Assembly (NCBI GenBank): GCA_013265495.1
Contig: MU058540.1
Span: 2,133,696-2,197,695 of the forward strand
Source: Vicugna vicugna
Lineage: Eukaryota
Direction of reading: 5' to 3'
DNA: 64,000 nucleotides
The notes beneath the pieces were generated by a model. That model was given only the letters and a program-made list of their open reading frames with translations. It searched no databases and was not told where the DNA came from. The number at the start of each line of letters is the position of its first letter. The stretch's first letter is position 1. The position numbers were made by a program, and so were the translations under genes. Below, piece by piece: positions 50,051 to 62,936 of the stretch.

Positions 50051-51950
50051 AAAGTATACCCCCGGTGCGTGCACACACACACACGCTTTAGACCACCAGA
50101 CTGTGCTGCTTTTTATCTGGGGACATAGCTGCCTAGAATAGAAACTACGTTTCCCAGCTTTTCTTGCAGCTAGGCTTAGTCATGTGACTATGACTGGCCA
50201 ATAGAATGGAAGAGTCTTTAAAGCAAAGTCAAGCCCCTCCCCTACATCCCTCATTCCACTGCCTGAAATATGAACAGGTTACAAGGCAATCTTGAATCAT
50301 GCTGATGAAGGCAATGCTTGTAGACGCCAGAGCAAAGAAATTAAAGCAGCCTGCACCATTCAGACTGTGGAGATCCCATATCAGCCCTGGACTGCATACG
50401 CTTGGAATGTTATGTGAAAGGGAAATAAACTTCTATCTCATATGAAGCCGTTTGTTCTGTGGTTTCTTTTACTGCAGCTGAACCTATTTGTATATCCTAC
50501 ATCCCTGTCTTGATAAATGAAATTCCACTGTTAGTGATTTATCTGTTTTATAATTTATTAGACAAATATTCATCAAGCTTTGAGTGCTCTTTTCATAGTC
50601 TCTTAAATAGGAGCTGGCAGATGAGCACAGAGCTGGGTACCAGGGAAGGGAGTGAGTCTGGTCCATCACAGGACTCAGAAAGGGCAGGTGAACTCTGCTA
50701 TCTGCCCCTCTTTCCCAGGACTGTCTCTTGCCTTGGTTTCCACAAATGGCACTGATCATCTGTCTGTGAAGCAACTGTTTTTAGAGAGGGCAACTAGGAT
50801 TACTATGCAAGACTAGAAGAAAAACAAATTCAAGCTACCAGTGACTGAAAGAGGACAGAACTCTGTATCAGCACCTCCTGGACCCCGGGCATTCATTCAG
50901 CAAAGACTGATGATGGCACAGAGCAGAGTGAACATTCTTTTTTGATTGTTGCTAGCAGACAGTAACACAGGAGTAGGTGAGTGGAGGCTCACCTTCCAGA
51001 GTGGACCAGGGTGGGTGTGTAGGTGCCATGTGGTCGGTAAGGGGAAAGTTGTGGACCGTGGGGCTTTCCCACTAAATCCCGGAGGAAGGAGATACCCTGA
51101 ATATTGGAAACATGATTTTTAAAAGAACATGTTAAATCCATATGAAAGAGAAACACAGAGATAAAAAGCATAGGTTGATATTCAAAGTGATCTGCAACTG
51201 TAAAAATGGAAACGTTCTCAGACAGGAAGTAGAAACCTACCTCATTCAGATAACCTGTGCCACTTTCAGACATTTTGTCCCTGGAGCCCCTCTCCAGTTC
51301 ACAGTGAGATTCATGGATGGGTGACTAATGATGACAGAAATCACTTTAGGGGACAAAGCCTTCAGCCACCCACAGCAGTGCAGAGTAGTGGGAAGAGTTT
51401 GGGCTTAGTAGGTAGAATGCCCTGGATTTATATCTGGCTCTGAGACTTAATTGTGTTATTTGGGCAAGTTATTTTACCTTGAGCCTTCGGGTCCCTCATC
51501 TGTAAAAATGGGGATAAAATGGGGAGCAGAAACCATAGTAGACGCTAAATATTCTAGGACTTGAACCTCCCAGGCTCCCTTGCAGAAGGCTGAGGTCGTG
51601 TGACTAGTTGTGGACAATGTCCGTAAGTGGAAGAGGCCTGTGTCACACCTGGCCGAGGCAGTTAGGTGTCCATGTGCTTCCTCCACCCCTCTCCTCCATC
51701 TTCCACAATGACCTCGGAGCACAGTCTTCCAGATGGTGTGTCTACAAGACTGAAGAAAGGTCTCTTGTCCCATACCAAAATTTACATGACTGATAAAACA
51801 TTGTGCCCAGCCACCGAAAGTTCGAGAGTTCTCTGTTGTGACAGCCCGCATTAACTACCCTAATACAGGGAGGGCCAACAGAGGTCATTGGCACAAAAGC
51901 CTCTGGGTACTGTGAGGGCTGTTATCCTTAGAGAAAAGATATGAGTCCCC

Positions 51951-52311
51951 TATTAGTCAGCTTGCGTTGCCATAACAAAACACCATAAACTGGGTAACCT
52001 AAACAACAGACATTTATTTCTCATGATTTTGGAGGCTGGATATCAGAGATGAGGGTGTTAGCATGGCCCAGCGCCAGTGAGAGCCCTCTTCCTGGCTTAC
52101 AGACAGCCACCTTCGAACAGTGTCCTCCCTGGCAGAGAGAAAGACACAGCTCTCTGGTGTCCCTTCTTATGAGGACACTAATCCCATCATGAGGGGACCC
52201 TCATGACCTCATCTAAACCTGTTACTTCCCAAAGGCCCCATCTCCAAATGTCATCACACTGGGGGACAGGGCTCCAACATATGAACAAGGGGCACAGTTC
52301 AGTCTATAGCA
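51951..52311. mobile_element. MaLR LTR (MLT1A/MST-like)
   Basis: TATTAGTCAGC...GTTGCCATAACAAAACACCATAAACTGGGT...CAGTTCAGTCTATAGCA. Confidence 0.7.
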
Positions 52312-54479
52312 CCCTTCAGCCCCTACTCCCCCAACTCCCGCTCAAGACAGGGCTCCTCAGATCTTCTCTTAAGAGCAAAATTTTAAAAGCAGAAGCAGGC
52401 TAGGGCAGAATGAGGTGGGAGTTTCATCCAGAGGGAGATGGTGAGGGAGACCTGCCTCCCCCTCTTTCCACTGATTGCGACCCACAGCCCTCCCTCAACC
52501 ATCCTCTTCCTTCTGAGTCTTCCCCTCTTCTCTGAATCTTAACCCCTACACCAAGATGGGTGAAATCCATGCAATTCACAGACAAATTCTTAGACAATTA
52601 ATCAGCTCGTTAGAACTGGAAGACTTAGAGGCCATCTTGTCTTCCTTCCTGATACTTACAGATGCAAGTCCGGGCCTGGAGATGGCATGAGAAGCACTAG
52701 AGGTCGAGGCTGGCTGGTCCTAAAGACAAGGGTTGGGGTGGGGCAGTTTGGTGCAGCCAGGGCAGAGAGAACATCAGAATATCAAGAAGGAAACTCTTTT
52801 CATTTCAGCATGTAAACTTCCACTAATTTTTAAAAATAAAGTTTTATTTTACAGTTTAAAGTTTTTATTTGGAAGTAGTACCTATTGAAGCCCCTAGGGC
52901 CCCTAAAATCTAGCGTCTGGCCTGTCCAAGCTTCAAATAGGGTCTCACGAGAACACCTTTCCTTATCCCATCCTTTCCCGGGGCCCCGGAGCTGAGGTCA
53001 CGGTTTGGCCTCTGCTGCAGAGCAGCCTGTGACCATTAACTTCTTGACCCTCCACCCCCAGCCTTGGGGGCGCCGGATCACATGGCAACGAAGGGCTTTA
53101 TACTCGCAGCCTCTCAGAGCCCACCGGACCTGTGACGCCCAAGCCCACGGCCAGGCTCCTCGTGGGAATCCTGCTCCTCTGCTAGGGCACGTTTCCCGCC
53201 CTTTAAAAAGGGGTTTACGAAGGTGAGCCAAGAGAGCATTTGGAATCTTACACTCTAGCAGAAGGTGGTAGCCGAGGCGTCATAGTTTAGCCAGAAGGTG
53301 CCAGCTGGGTTTGGAGAGAGAAGTGGGGGGTTGGGGGAACCACCCCAAACGAGATTTCTTCTCAGGCTGAAAGCTTGATGTGTTCCCAAAACGACTTCAA
53401 AGCCCTGCTTCACCTCCCTGGTGGCTCTGGAGGTGAAAGAAGGTGGCGCATAACCTGCAACATCCCTGCCCTCCCCCAACCCTGCACCCTCTCCCAGCAT
53501 CTCAGTCCCCACCCCCACCAGCGTCTTAGACCCTCTCCCTGCCCTTCTAGGCACAACGACTCTTTCCTTCCCCATCTTTCTTTCCACCTCATTCTCTACC
53601 CCCCCCCAATTAAAGTGTGATTGGGGAATAATTGCTCCCCCAATACAGGACACCGTTTGGGGCCTACAGAGGTAAGGGGGTGCCCAGGAAGGGAGAGGCA
53701 GAGGGAAAAGTACTAAATCCCTACCCTTTCTCACTCCTGCTCCTCTGAGTGCTGCTGGGGGTACAATGGGGGTAGGATCTGGGGGTGACCATCTCAGGGA
53801 CCCTCCTCCACCTTCCCCCATTGCCAGAGAGCTGGTGACTCAGGGGTTGTCCCCACAGACGACTGGAGCTAGGTGCTTCCATCACTCTGAGTGCTTCAGT
53901 GACTGCTGCCCCATCAGCTTGAATCATGGAGGTGCCTTCTGTGCCCCTAAGGCCAGAGTAGCCATGATGTGCTTGCCCCAGGAGGGGCGGGGCAGCCCCT
54001 TCCGGTATGTAGGGTGGGGAAGGTTTAAAAACCTCACATGGCTGCACCCGCTTTTTTCACCCTTTGCTTGTAGTGCCCTTCCCCGCTCCTCTGTCAAATT
54101 CCTACTGGTCCTGCAGTACAATTGCAGCCACCTCTGAGAAGCTTTCACTCCTTGGCTCATATCTTCAGCAGATCATGAATCTCCCTGATTTGCACTGCTT
54201 TCTGTCTGCTTCGGCCCCCTACCTCCCAGCTTAGTGCTGCCCCAGAGTAGGTGCTTAACAAAGATCTGTCAAATGAATGAATAGCTCTCCCTTAGCATCA
54301 CTGCAGCAAAGCAGGTGGGGAAGACCTCCTGATCAATCCCCGACTCCCTGCAACAACAAGTCGATCTCTTGAGAGGAGCATGGTGCTGCAGTGGCAGGAT
54401 CACAGCTTTGGGGCTGGACCTGAGTGTCAACCCTGGCTTTTCCACACTCCATTGTTTTCCTTGTCTTGTTTTGTTTTTC

Positions 54480-54565
54480 TTTTTATAAATAGAGGTACTG
54501 AGGATTGAACCCAGGACCTTGCACCTGCTAGGCATGAACTCTACCACTGAGCTGTACCCATCCCA
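54480..54565 (-). mobile_element. vic-1-type SINE in CLPSL2 intron 2
   Basis: GAGGTACTGAGGATTGAACCCAGGACCTTGCACCTGCTAGGCATGAACTCTACCACTGAGCTGTACCC is the reverse-complement SINE head. Confidence 0.8.
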
Positions 54566-54989
54566 CTCCACCCTCTGTCTTTGTGATCTCAGACAGATCA
54601 CTTCTGCTCTTAGTTTCCTCATCTGCAAAATAGAGCTAAAGCACCCCCCTTCACCAGGTTGTCAGGAAGAGTACGTGGTCCTGGTCCTGACAATGACAGT
54701 GCTCAATGGAGCATGGTTGTTATTAGCTGGTGGAAATGCAGGGAGCAGAATGCACAGTACATCTTGTTCTTGCTTGTCTTTTCTCCTCTGGCCCTGGTCC
54801 CAAACCTCTGGGGAGGATGGGCTTAGCCTCTCTGTCCCTATCTGGGGAGCTGCCAATGCTTAGGGAAACAGCCAGGCCCCTCCTGTGGCCTGACTCTACA
54901 GCTGAAGTGGCCAGAAGATCTTTTCATTATGGGCACTTGATCTACTTTATTCTGTTTAATCCTCACAATAACTAATGGGATTAATATTT

Positions 54990-54993
54990 TATA

Positions 54994-55033
<40 letters not shown>
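54990..55033. repeat. (TA)n microsatellite
   Basis: Read directly. Confidence 0.95.
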
Positions 55034-55036
<3 letters not shown>

Positions 55037-55910
55037 TATTACCCCCATTCAACAGAAACTGAGACAAAGAAGCTCATTAACTTGCCTAAGGCCATGAAGT
55101 TGTAAGCTATAGAACTGACAGACCTCAAGTCCATCCCATGCCATCACTTGTGCTCTTGTTCCTGTGCCCTGAGAAGTTTAAACCCCCTTCTTCCCTGCAC
55201 CTTGGTGACTGACTCTCAACTCTGACCCATTTTTTGCAGACCAGGGGAACCATCAACATCATATGCCCTTGCCAGAGAGGCTTGAGTTGCACATCCAAGG
55301 ACTCAGGCTGTGCCTGCCGATGCCATTTGATTTAGAGGAGGATGCAAACTGGTCACTGCCACCCCTTCCTCCCTGCCTTGGAACCAGAGGCCTCAGGGGG
55401 TGGGGTCCCCTCCTGCTCAAAAGACATTAAAGTCACTTCCTGGCTCTGGACTTTGTCTGCACTTCCTGGGAGAAGGGACTTGGTAAAGATTGTTCCAGTC
55501 TTTCAGCAGCTGAAAGGGGAGACTAGAGGCACGATAGAGCTTCCCATGGGGTTTGGTTCTGTCTGGAGGCTTAGTGGCCCAAGGGCAGACCTGCAGGAAG
55601 GGAGTAGGGTGTGTGTGTGTGTGGATTGGGTCGTGAGAGGAGGCTGGTCCAGGAAGAGCCAAGTCTTAGGTCCCAGGGCTGTGTGGAGGGGCAGGGTTGA
55701 GGAATGTGCCTGGAGAGAGTATGTTGGGCTGCCCATGAATGGATGTGTGTAGGAGGACTGAGAGCAGTTATCTGAATGCCTTTCAAGGGGAGTAAGGGGT
55801 GGAGGTCACTGAGAGGGTGTTTATGAGAATGTGTGTGAAGTATAAATGCAAAAATGTTCCTACCTGTGGTGAGAAAGGTGCACTGATGCATTGATGCATT
55901 GGTGCATTGA

Positions 55911-56536
55911 TGTTATAGCAGGCAGGTAGCTAGATATGAGCAGAGAAAGGGGGAGCCAAATGGCAGGAAACCATACATCTTGTGAACAGGGGTCCTTGGG
56001 CAGAGAAAAGCTGGAACCTCCAGACCGATAAGAAATCACACATTTTGGGGTGACAGGTGTCCTGGAGGTAGGCAAAGAAAGATGGGAAAAGGCAGGAATC
56101 TCCCTCATTCGAATATAACCTTTTGCTAATTATGCCCTCATTACAATAAAATTAGCCTTGAAGATAAGAAGCACCAATCATGCTCCAACGCGATGACACT
56201 TCCGATCAAGACTAAATAAGAACAACAACAAAAAAAAGATTAAATAAGGACAAAAATTCCTCCTCCCCTCAGGAAGGTGGAGCTGGGATGGAAATCAGGG
56301 AACATGACCCCAAACCCCTCCCTCTCTAATGAATATTCCACCCATTTATTTTTACACCCTATGTAACCAGATTGCCAAAGAAACAGCGCAGCTGTTTGCC
56401 TGAGTCGGCCTGCTCTCCCCTTGAAAGTGTATTATTTATCACTTAATAAATCCTCACTTTACTTTACTTTCTTGACCTCTGTGTCTCATCTCTGAATTCT
56501 TTCTGTGATGAGACAAGAACCTAATCTCCAGCAACA
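55911..56536 (+). mobile_element. Solo ERV LTR (ERV1-like)
   Basis: TGTTATAG...GCAACA ends; internal AATAAA at about 56445 followed by a U5-like CTCTGAATTCTTTCTGTGATGAGACAAGAACC; near-TSD TTGA/CTGA. Confidence 0.6.
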
Positions 56537-57905
56537 CTGATATCTCCATAAGCTCAGATATTATCATTTCCATTTTATGGAAGAAGAAACTGAGGCCCAG
56601 AGACTTGCCCAAGGTCATATGGTGAGGGTGTCTCTGAGGACTCTTTCTGCTGCAAGTATCCAAAAAGCCAACCCAAACTGGTCTAGATGATGAGGGAATT
56701 CATTGGTGGTCAGAACTGGAAGTCCAGGAACCGGGAGACCTCAGGTCTGGCTGAATCCAGTAGCTCCACAGCCCTCAGGCTGGATTCCTTCCCAGTAGCT
56801 GCAGAAGTTCCAGGTGTCACCTAATAATAACAGCTAGGATTTATTGAGCACTTATTATGTTCCAGACACTGTGCAAAGTACTTTCTTATCTGTATTAACT
56901 CATCTTATTGTCACAACAAATTGATAATAGGTACTATAATTATTCTTATTTTACAAATAAGGTGTTGAGCCTTAAAGCACCCATGCCAAGGATTCAGAGT
57001 AGGGGTGGGGCTGGGATTTGAACCCAGGCTGTCTTGCTTTAGAGGGCAGGCTCTTGACCACAAATCCACCTCACATATATGAACCGTATATAACATATAT
57101 AAACATCTCAGTCTCAATTCTTAGCAAACATCCTAAGATAGATTCTGATTGGATTTGCTTAGTCTGCACACTCAATGCTGAACCAATCATTGCAGTGGAA
57201 TTCGCTGACTGACTTAGCCTGGGTTACCTGCAGGGGTGCAAGAGTGGAGTCAGCTTCCAGGAAATATTCCCATGGAGTGGGTACAGGTTTTATGTGGTGT
57301 CCCCACAGCCATGAGACCACCAACACAGTCAGGACTCAGAACGCCACCCCCTTTTCTGGCCAGATCCTAATGAAGATGCCAGGCCTCAGCTCTGATGTCT
57401 GGACTCACTCCCGTGGGTCAGACTGCAACGCTGAGACTCCACCTCACTTCCAGTTCACTCTTCCCTGGGGGTCACCTTGCCTTGGAGCCCTCGCCAATCC
57501 TCGTTTGACATAACAACTGTGTAACTCAGAGATCCTTTTTCTCACTGAGAAATCAGAAATTGCTTTTTCTTCTATATCTTTATATCTCAATATTTCCCTC
57601 ATGTCACCGAAGTATTTTTTAGAACAGTAATGACTGCCTAATTTTATTATATATGTGGACCATATTTGCTTAATTGTTTCCTTATGGGTAAAGAATAAGA
57701 TCCTTTCCAAATCCAAACCATCCATGTTCTTTAGGATACAACTTGAGAGCTGCAGAAGCGAAAACCTACTCTCATGATGGCTTAAGCAAGTGGATGATTT
57801 CTCTCTTACCAGGTAGCCGGGGGAAATCTGGATGGAGGCTCTGCTGGGTGATTGTCCATGGCCCCCACTTCCTTCCATCCTCTTGCTCAGCCATCTGCTG
57901 CTCTG

Positions 57906-58165
57906 CTTCCTTCTTTTTTTCTTTTCTTTTCTTTTCTTTTCTTTTCTTTTCTTTTCTTTTCTTTTCTTTTCTTTTCTTTTCTTCCTTCCTTCCTTCCTTC
58001 CTTCCTTCCTTCTTTCTTTTTCTTTCTTTCTTTCTTTTCTTTNNNNNNNNNNNNNNNNNNNNNNNNNNNNNNNNNNNNNNNNNNNNNNNNNNNNNNNNNN
58101 NNNNNTTTCTTTCTTTTCTTTCTTTTCTTCCTTTCTTCCTTTCTTTCTTCCTTTCTTCCTTTTTT
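57906..58165. repeat. (TTTTC)n/(TTCC)n polypyrimidine repeat spanning an assembly gap (N at 58043-58105)
   Basis: Read directly. Confidence 0.95.
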
Positions 58166-58689
58166 ACAACACAGCACATATAGAAACACCTTATCTGTTT
58201 AGCACCTTGGGGTAAGAGCAGAAGGACTTTGGGGCCCTAAAGAGGCTCTCCCGAAGGCAGATGGCATCAACATCTCCAGACACACTCCTCCGGAAGCTCT
58301 ATCAGGATGTTTCTTTCCTTCACATAGTAGAATATGGCTCATCATCATATCTGTTGGATCCACATTCCAGTTAGAAGAAAGAGGGCACAGGGACAGCAAA
58401 TAGCTCACTCTCTTTAAAAGGGCAGCATGGATTATTTTCACTAAACATCCCATTAGGCAAAACTTAGTCATGCGGCTGCAGCTAGCTGCAAAGGAGGCTG
58501 GAAAATGTAGTTTTCATCTGGGTATCCATGTGCCCAGCTAAAGCCTGGGGGTTCTATTATTAAAGGACAAAGGGAAAATAGTGGGAGAAATTTACTGCCA
58601 CAAAACCCCTTATTATTACTGTAATAAGCCAAGGGAGCTTAGATCCCAGGACCTAGAGTTAATGATGTACTGTTAGGCAGCTCTAATCG

Positions 58690-59335
58690 GGTTTTTTTTT
58701 TCCATTGTTGTTGGTTTGTGTAAGTTCTTTATGTATTTCAGATATTAGCACCTTATTGCATATATCATTGCAAATAACTTCTCCCCTTTGGTAGGCTGTC
58801 TTTGCATTTTGTTGATGGTTTCCTTTGCTGTGCAGAAGCTCTTTAGTTGATGTAGTTCCATTTGTTTATTTTTGCTTTTGTTTCCCTTGCCTGAAGAGTC
58901 ACATCTATAAAGATATTGCTAAGACTGATGCAAAGACCTGCCTATGTTTTCTTTGAGGAGTTTCCTGGTTTCAGGTTGGAAGACTCCATTTTTGATGATT
59001 GGCTAGTGACAGCTTTCAAGCCCTCACTCCCCCTTTGCCTCCTCCATCTAGGCAAACCAATAAGAAGAGCAAATGCTCCCTCCCTTGGTGCTGGTGGGGA
59101 GTGCAACCCACACAAACCCCAGCCTGCCCACAGGAACCCTCACCCTGGCCCCGCCTCTCAGCCACAATAAAAGTCAAAGCTAACTACCCCTTCATCCTTG
59201 CCACTCACAGCTCCTCACACCTACCCTGCTGGCCCCAGAAATTTCCATTACTCGAGTAATAAACCTTTCCTTATTGTCTTAGTATGTGTGGCACCATCAG
59301 TCCCAACATCCAAACCAATTTTGGGTGGGGGTTGA
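58690..59335. mobile_element. Antisense L1 ORF2 fragment (about 58690-58960) followed by an LTR fragment (about 58965-59335)
   Basis: TCCTTTGCTGTGCAGAAGCTCTTTAGTTGATGTAGTTCCATTTG is L1; downstream AATAAA-containing LTR-like R/U5 sequence. Confidence 0.55.
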
Positions 59336-60507
59336 TTTCACTCTCGTGAGGCACTCAGAAAATCTGTGAATTCTCCTATCTCTCTCCTTGCCACAGCTGG
59401 GTGGTGAGGCAGGGATCTATGGAGGGGAGGTGCCTGGGTCACCCAGTTACCGCATGGAGAACAGCCACCCTGGAGAGCATCCTGACTGACAATTGACTTT
59501 ACAGGAGCAAGAAATCCACTTCTGTTGTGTTATGCCTCTGTGATTCCTGGGTAGTTTGTTCCCATGGCATTTTCTTGCCTGCTGGGACTAATGTTTATAA
59601 AAATGTCTTCTGCTGTGCTGCCCTTAGTATTATCACCTGTTCCCACTCTCAAGACTGGTTTTGATGATCTGCCACCACAACCCACTCATGGCTGTGCGTC
59701 CTGGGCTTATAATTCTCATGCTTGCCAAAAAGACCTACAGAAATGCATTCAGGAGTAGTGTGTTTTCTTAAGAGAGGGAGTTACTGAAATTCTAACTGAA
59801 GGCCTTCAGAGGGAGTGGAAAGATGAAAACTGAGTCTAATCGTCTATTACTCGATAGCTTTGTGACTTTGGGGAGGTTTGGCAACCTCTCTGAGCCTTAC
59901 TTACCTCATCTGAGAAAAAAATATTCACAATGCTGTTATTTTTTTAACAATAATATACAGTTAGATTGGATGAGGGAGTCTTTTGGAATCCTTCTAACTC
60001 TGAGACCTTTTAACTGTAAAGGTAATGATAACAGTTTCTATTTATTGGGTGCCTTTTTATGTGAAGCCCAGTTCTTGCTATTTAATTTAAGCACTGCCTC
60101 ATCCCTGTGATGCACTGTTATGCCCCATTTTGCAGATGGGAAAACTGAAGCTCAAAGAAGTTAAGAAGTTTGTCCATGATCACATAGCCATTAGGCAGCA
60201 GAGATGAGATTGAATCAGATCTTATTGGAGCCAGAGCCCAAGCACACAGACTAGATATGTTACAGGCAGCGATGAGCACAGCTAAGGGTCCAAGAAGCAG
60301 CAGCCATTCTTGGGAACATCTACCACAACTGCTTGTTCCTCTGTCCCTTTGGTCTGGGGGCTGGCACTGCCAACCTCTCCCCGTCAACCCCAGGACTGGG
60401 CATTCACACCTCATTACCTCCCCTCCAGGCCTTGGTCATGTGGCAGTTGCATGGCAGATGCAGGGTCTTTAGCTGGACCTTAGAAGCTCCGCCACCACCT
60501 CTGGGCC

Positions 60508-60606
60508 ATGATGCGGCAACTACTGCTCCTGGTTCTCCTCTTCCTCCTCTCTTTTTTCTTCCTCCTCACTGGGGGCTCATTTTTCCAGGGAGAAAGCAGA
60601 AGTTTG
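60508..60606 (+). CDS. CLPSL1: CLPSL1 exon 1 (signal peptide)
   Basis: GCCATG; MMRQLLLLVLLFLLSFFFLLTGGSFFQGESRSL (33 aa, hydrophobic signal); donor GTAAGG. Confidence 0.85.
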
Positions 60607-62143
60607 GTAAGGAACGTAGAAGGCACACCATCTGCCACCATCCTAAGACCCATACTATTTGGGGAGGGAAGGTGGGCACAGAGGCTGATGTGGGCAAAAG
60701 CCAGAAGTGGGGGGCAGCACAGAGTGCTGGGTGGAGGATGCCTGAGGGGACAAAGGAGGCTCTTCTGAGTCCTGGGGGCTGCCAGGACCCTGCCAGTTGC
60801 TGCCACTGCAGAGGTGACTATGACCCAGCAATCCTGCCCCAGGCTCATAGCTGGTCTGACAGACACTCATTCCTTCAACACGTTTTATTAAGCACCTACT
60901 ATATGTAAATTATTTTTCTAGGACTGTGAAAAAGACACAAAAATCCTTGCCCTGATAGAGCTGGCACTCTACTGTAGGAGGCAATTAAGCAAAATATTAA
61001 TATATTCCAGATGATCAAGACCTGAGGCTAAAGAAAATAAGGAAGGGGCTTCCGGAGTAGTGGTGTGAGGAGAGGGTACTCAGGGAAGACCTTACTGAAA
61101 ACGTGAAATTTCAGAGCAAAGACCTAAAGGGAGTGAGGTCTTTCCTAAAGGGAGCCAGGCAGGCAGGGCAAAGAGCAGTCCCGGTGGAGGGAACAGGCAG
61201 CAGATGAGGGACTTTGCCTGGCATATTCAAGAAATAGCAAAAAATAAATAAATAAATAAATAAAATAAAATAAAGAGAGAGAGAGAGATTGGAAATAATA
61301 GGAGATGAGGTCAGAGAGATCAAAGGAACCGAGTATTAGAATATCCTCATTTATTCAGCAGTTCTGCATTCAGCACTTACTGTGTGTGAGGACTTCAGTC
61401 CTAGGAGCTAGGAAAGACAGTAGTGAACAAGACAGCAGGTCCCGTAAAGAGTTTCTAGATCGAGATGCCCTGGGAAGTCCTTGGAGGCTTTGAAGCATGG
61501 GAATGACAAGGTGGGATTTATCTTTTTAAAAAAAGATTCCTCTAGTTGTTCTGGGAAGAATTGATGGGAGGAGGGGGGATGGTAGGACTGTGCGGCCAGT
61601 TGAGGGGGTGGGCAGAGAAGGTGGGCAGACCAGGGTGGGTTACTGGCCAGAGCGGATTCAGGGAGGCCAGGAAGAGGCTACTCCCAATCCTGTCCTCCTT
61701 TCCTGCTCTATTTTCTTTATAGCGCTTAACAGCATACGTACTAGGTGATTATATGTATATAATATAAATCATAATTGTTAATTAATAATACCATATACAT
61801 GTTAAGTAAAAAATTGCATACAGTAAAATGCTCCTATCTTGATTTTACATTAAAATCAATTAATTTTTTAACTTTTGCAAACACCCCCATAGCCACCACC
61901 CAGATCAAGATACAGAACATTTCCAGCTCCCCAGGAGGCTCCCTTTTGCTTGCTTCCAGTCAGTCGCTCCAAAGGTAACACTCTCCTGACCTCTATGGTT
62001 ATAAAATTAGTTTTGTCTGTTTTTAAAAATTCATATAATGGAATCACACTGTATTTTTTTAAACTAGCTTTTTTTGCTTAACACTTTGTCTGTGACACCC
62101 TATCTATTTCACTTATGTATTTATTATGTGTCTTCTTCTCCCC

Positions 62144-62356
62144 TAGAGCTGTCCTTGTCCAATAGTGTAATAACTAGTCACATGAAGTTACTTAAATTAA
62201 AATTAATTAAAGTTAAACAATATGTAAAATTCAGCTCCTTGGTCATACCAGCCACATTTTTAGTGCTCAGTAGCTACATGTGGCTAGGTGAATGGGACAA
62301 TGCAGAAAAGGCACACTTTCATCATTGCAGAAAGTTCTACTGGACTGCTGCTCTGG
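62144..62356 (-). mobile_element. MER3-like hAT-Charlie DNA transposon in CLPSL1 intron 1
   Basis: CAGTAGCTACATGTGGCTAG...CATCATTGCAGAAAGTTCTACTGGAC resembles the reverse complement of MER3. Confidence 0.7.
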
Positions 62357-62813
62357 ATTGTTGGCTCCATTTCTCTAGGTTTTGTTTCCAGCTGTATCCC
62401 CAGGACCTGGACACAGTAGGTACTCAGTATTTTGCTTGTTGAAAGATTATTGAAATTGTCTGACAGAGGGATGATGAATGGCAGTGGTGGATAATGTAAT
62501 GTCATAAGCCCCAGCATTGGGGCTATTGATGTGTGTGAGTGTGTGTGTGGGAGCGGGGAGAGGTGACAACCTAGCTCGGCCAAAAGGGGAAGTAGGAGTT
62601 TCCAGAAGAGGAGACTGTGCAGTGGAAGACAGGAAGGTCTGGCTCACTCTGGTGTGTACCAGAGTAGTAGTAACCTATTTGGGGAACACTAAGGGCAAAC
62701 CTTCAACATCTATTTAGTCCCTTCTAGGTACAAGTCAGGTCCTGCGTGCCCTCTGGCCCCCACCCTCATTTGCACAGATGCCGCGGTGGAGCTGGCGGGC
62801 TGTCTCTCTGCAG

Positions 62814-62936
62814 AACACCAGGGAGCTTTGCGCCCAGAGCAAGAAGTGCAAGAGCGGATGCTGCTGCAGGGCAGCTAAGAAATGCCAGTTGCACTTCTCC
62901 TTAAAGGGGTCCAAGGGCATTGCCTCTCACAGGCAG
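62814..62936 (+). CDS. CLPSL1: CLPSL1 exon 2
   Basis: NTRELCAQSKKCKSGCCCRAAKKCQLHFSLKGSKGIASHRQ (41 aa, colipase-like C-x5-C-x3-CC spacing); CAG/GTGGAT boundaries. Confidence 0.8.

Larger units (their letters stand above)
53147..55335 (+). pseudogene. CLPSL2: CLPSL2 (colipase-like 2), disabled. Exon 1 at 53147-53222, exon 2 at 53859-53981, exon 3 at 55240-55335.
   Basis: Exon 2 TTGARCFHHSECFSDCCPISLNHGGAFCAPKARVAMMCLPQ and exon 3 TRGTINIICPCQRGLSCTSKDSGCACRCHLI* match CLPSL2. Lesions: ACG in place of ATG, TAG at 53183-53185, exon 1 is 76 nt (out of phase), exon 2 donor is GA. ATTAAA at 55426-55431. Confidence 0.85.

Noticed and set aside
57743..58215. Phe/Ser/Leu-rich and Lys/Arg/Glu-rich ORFs
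   Set aside because: Translations of a simple repeat across an N gap.
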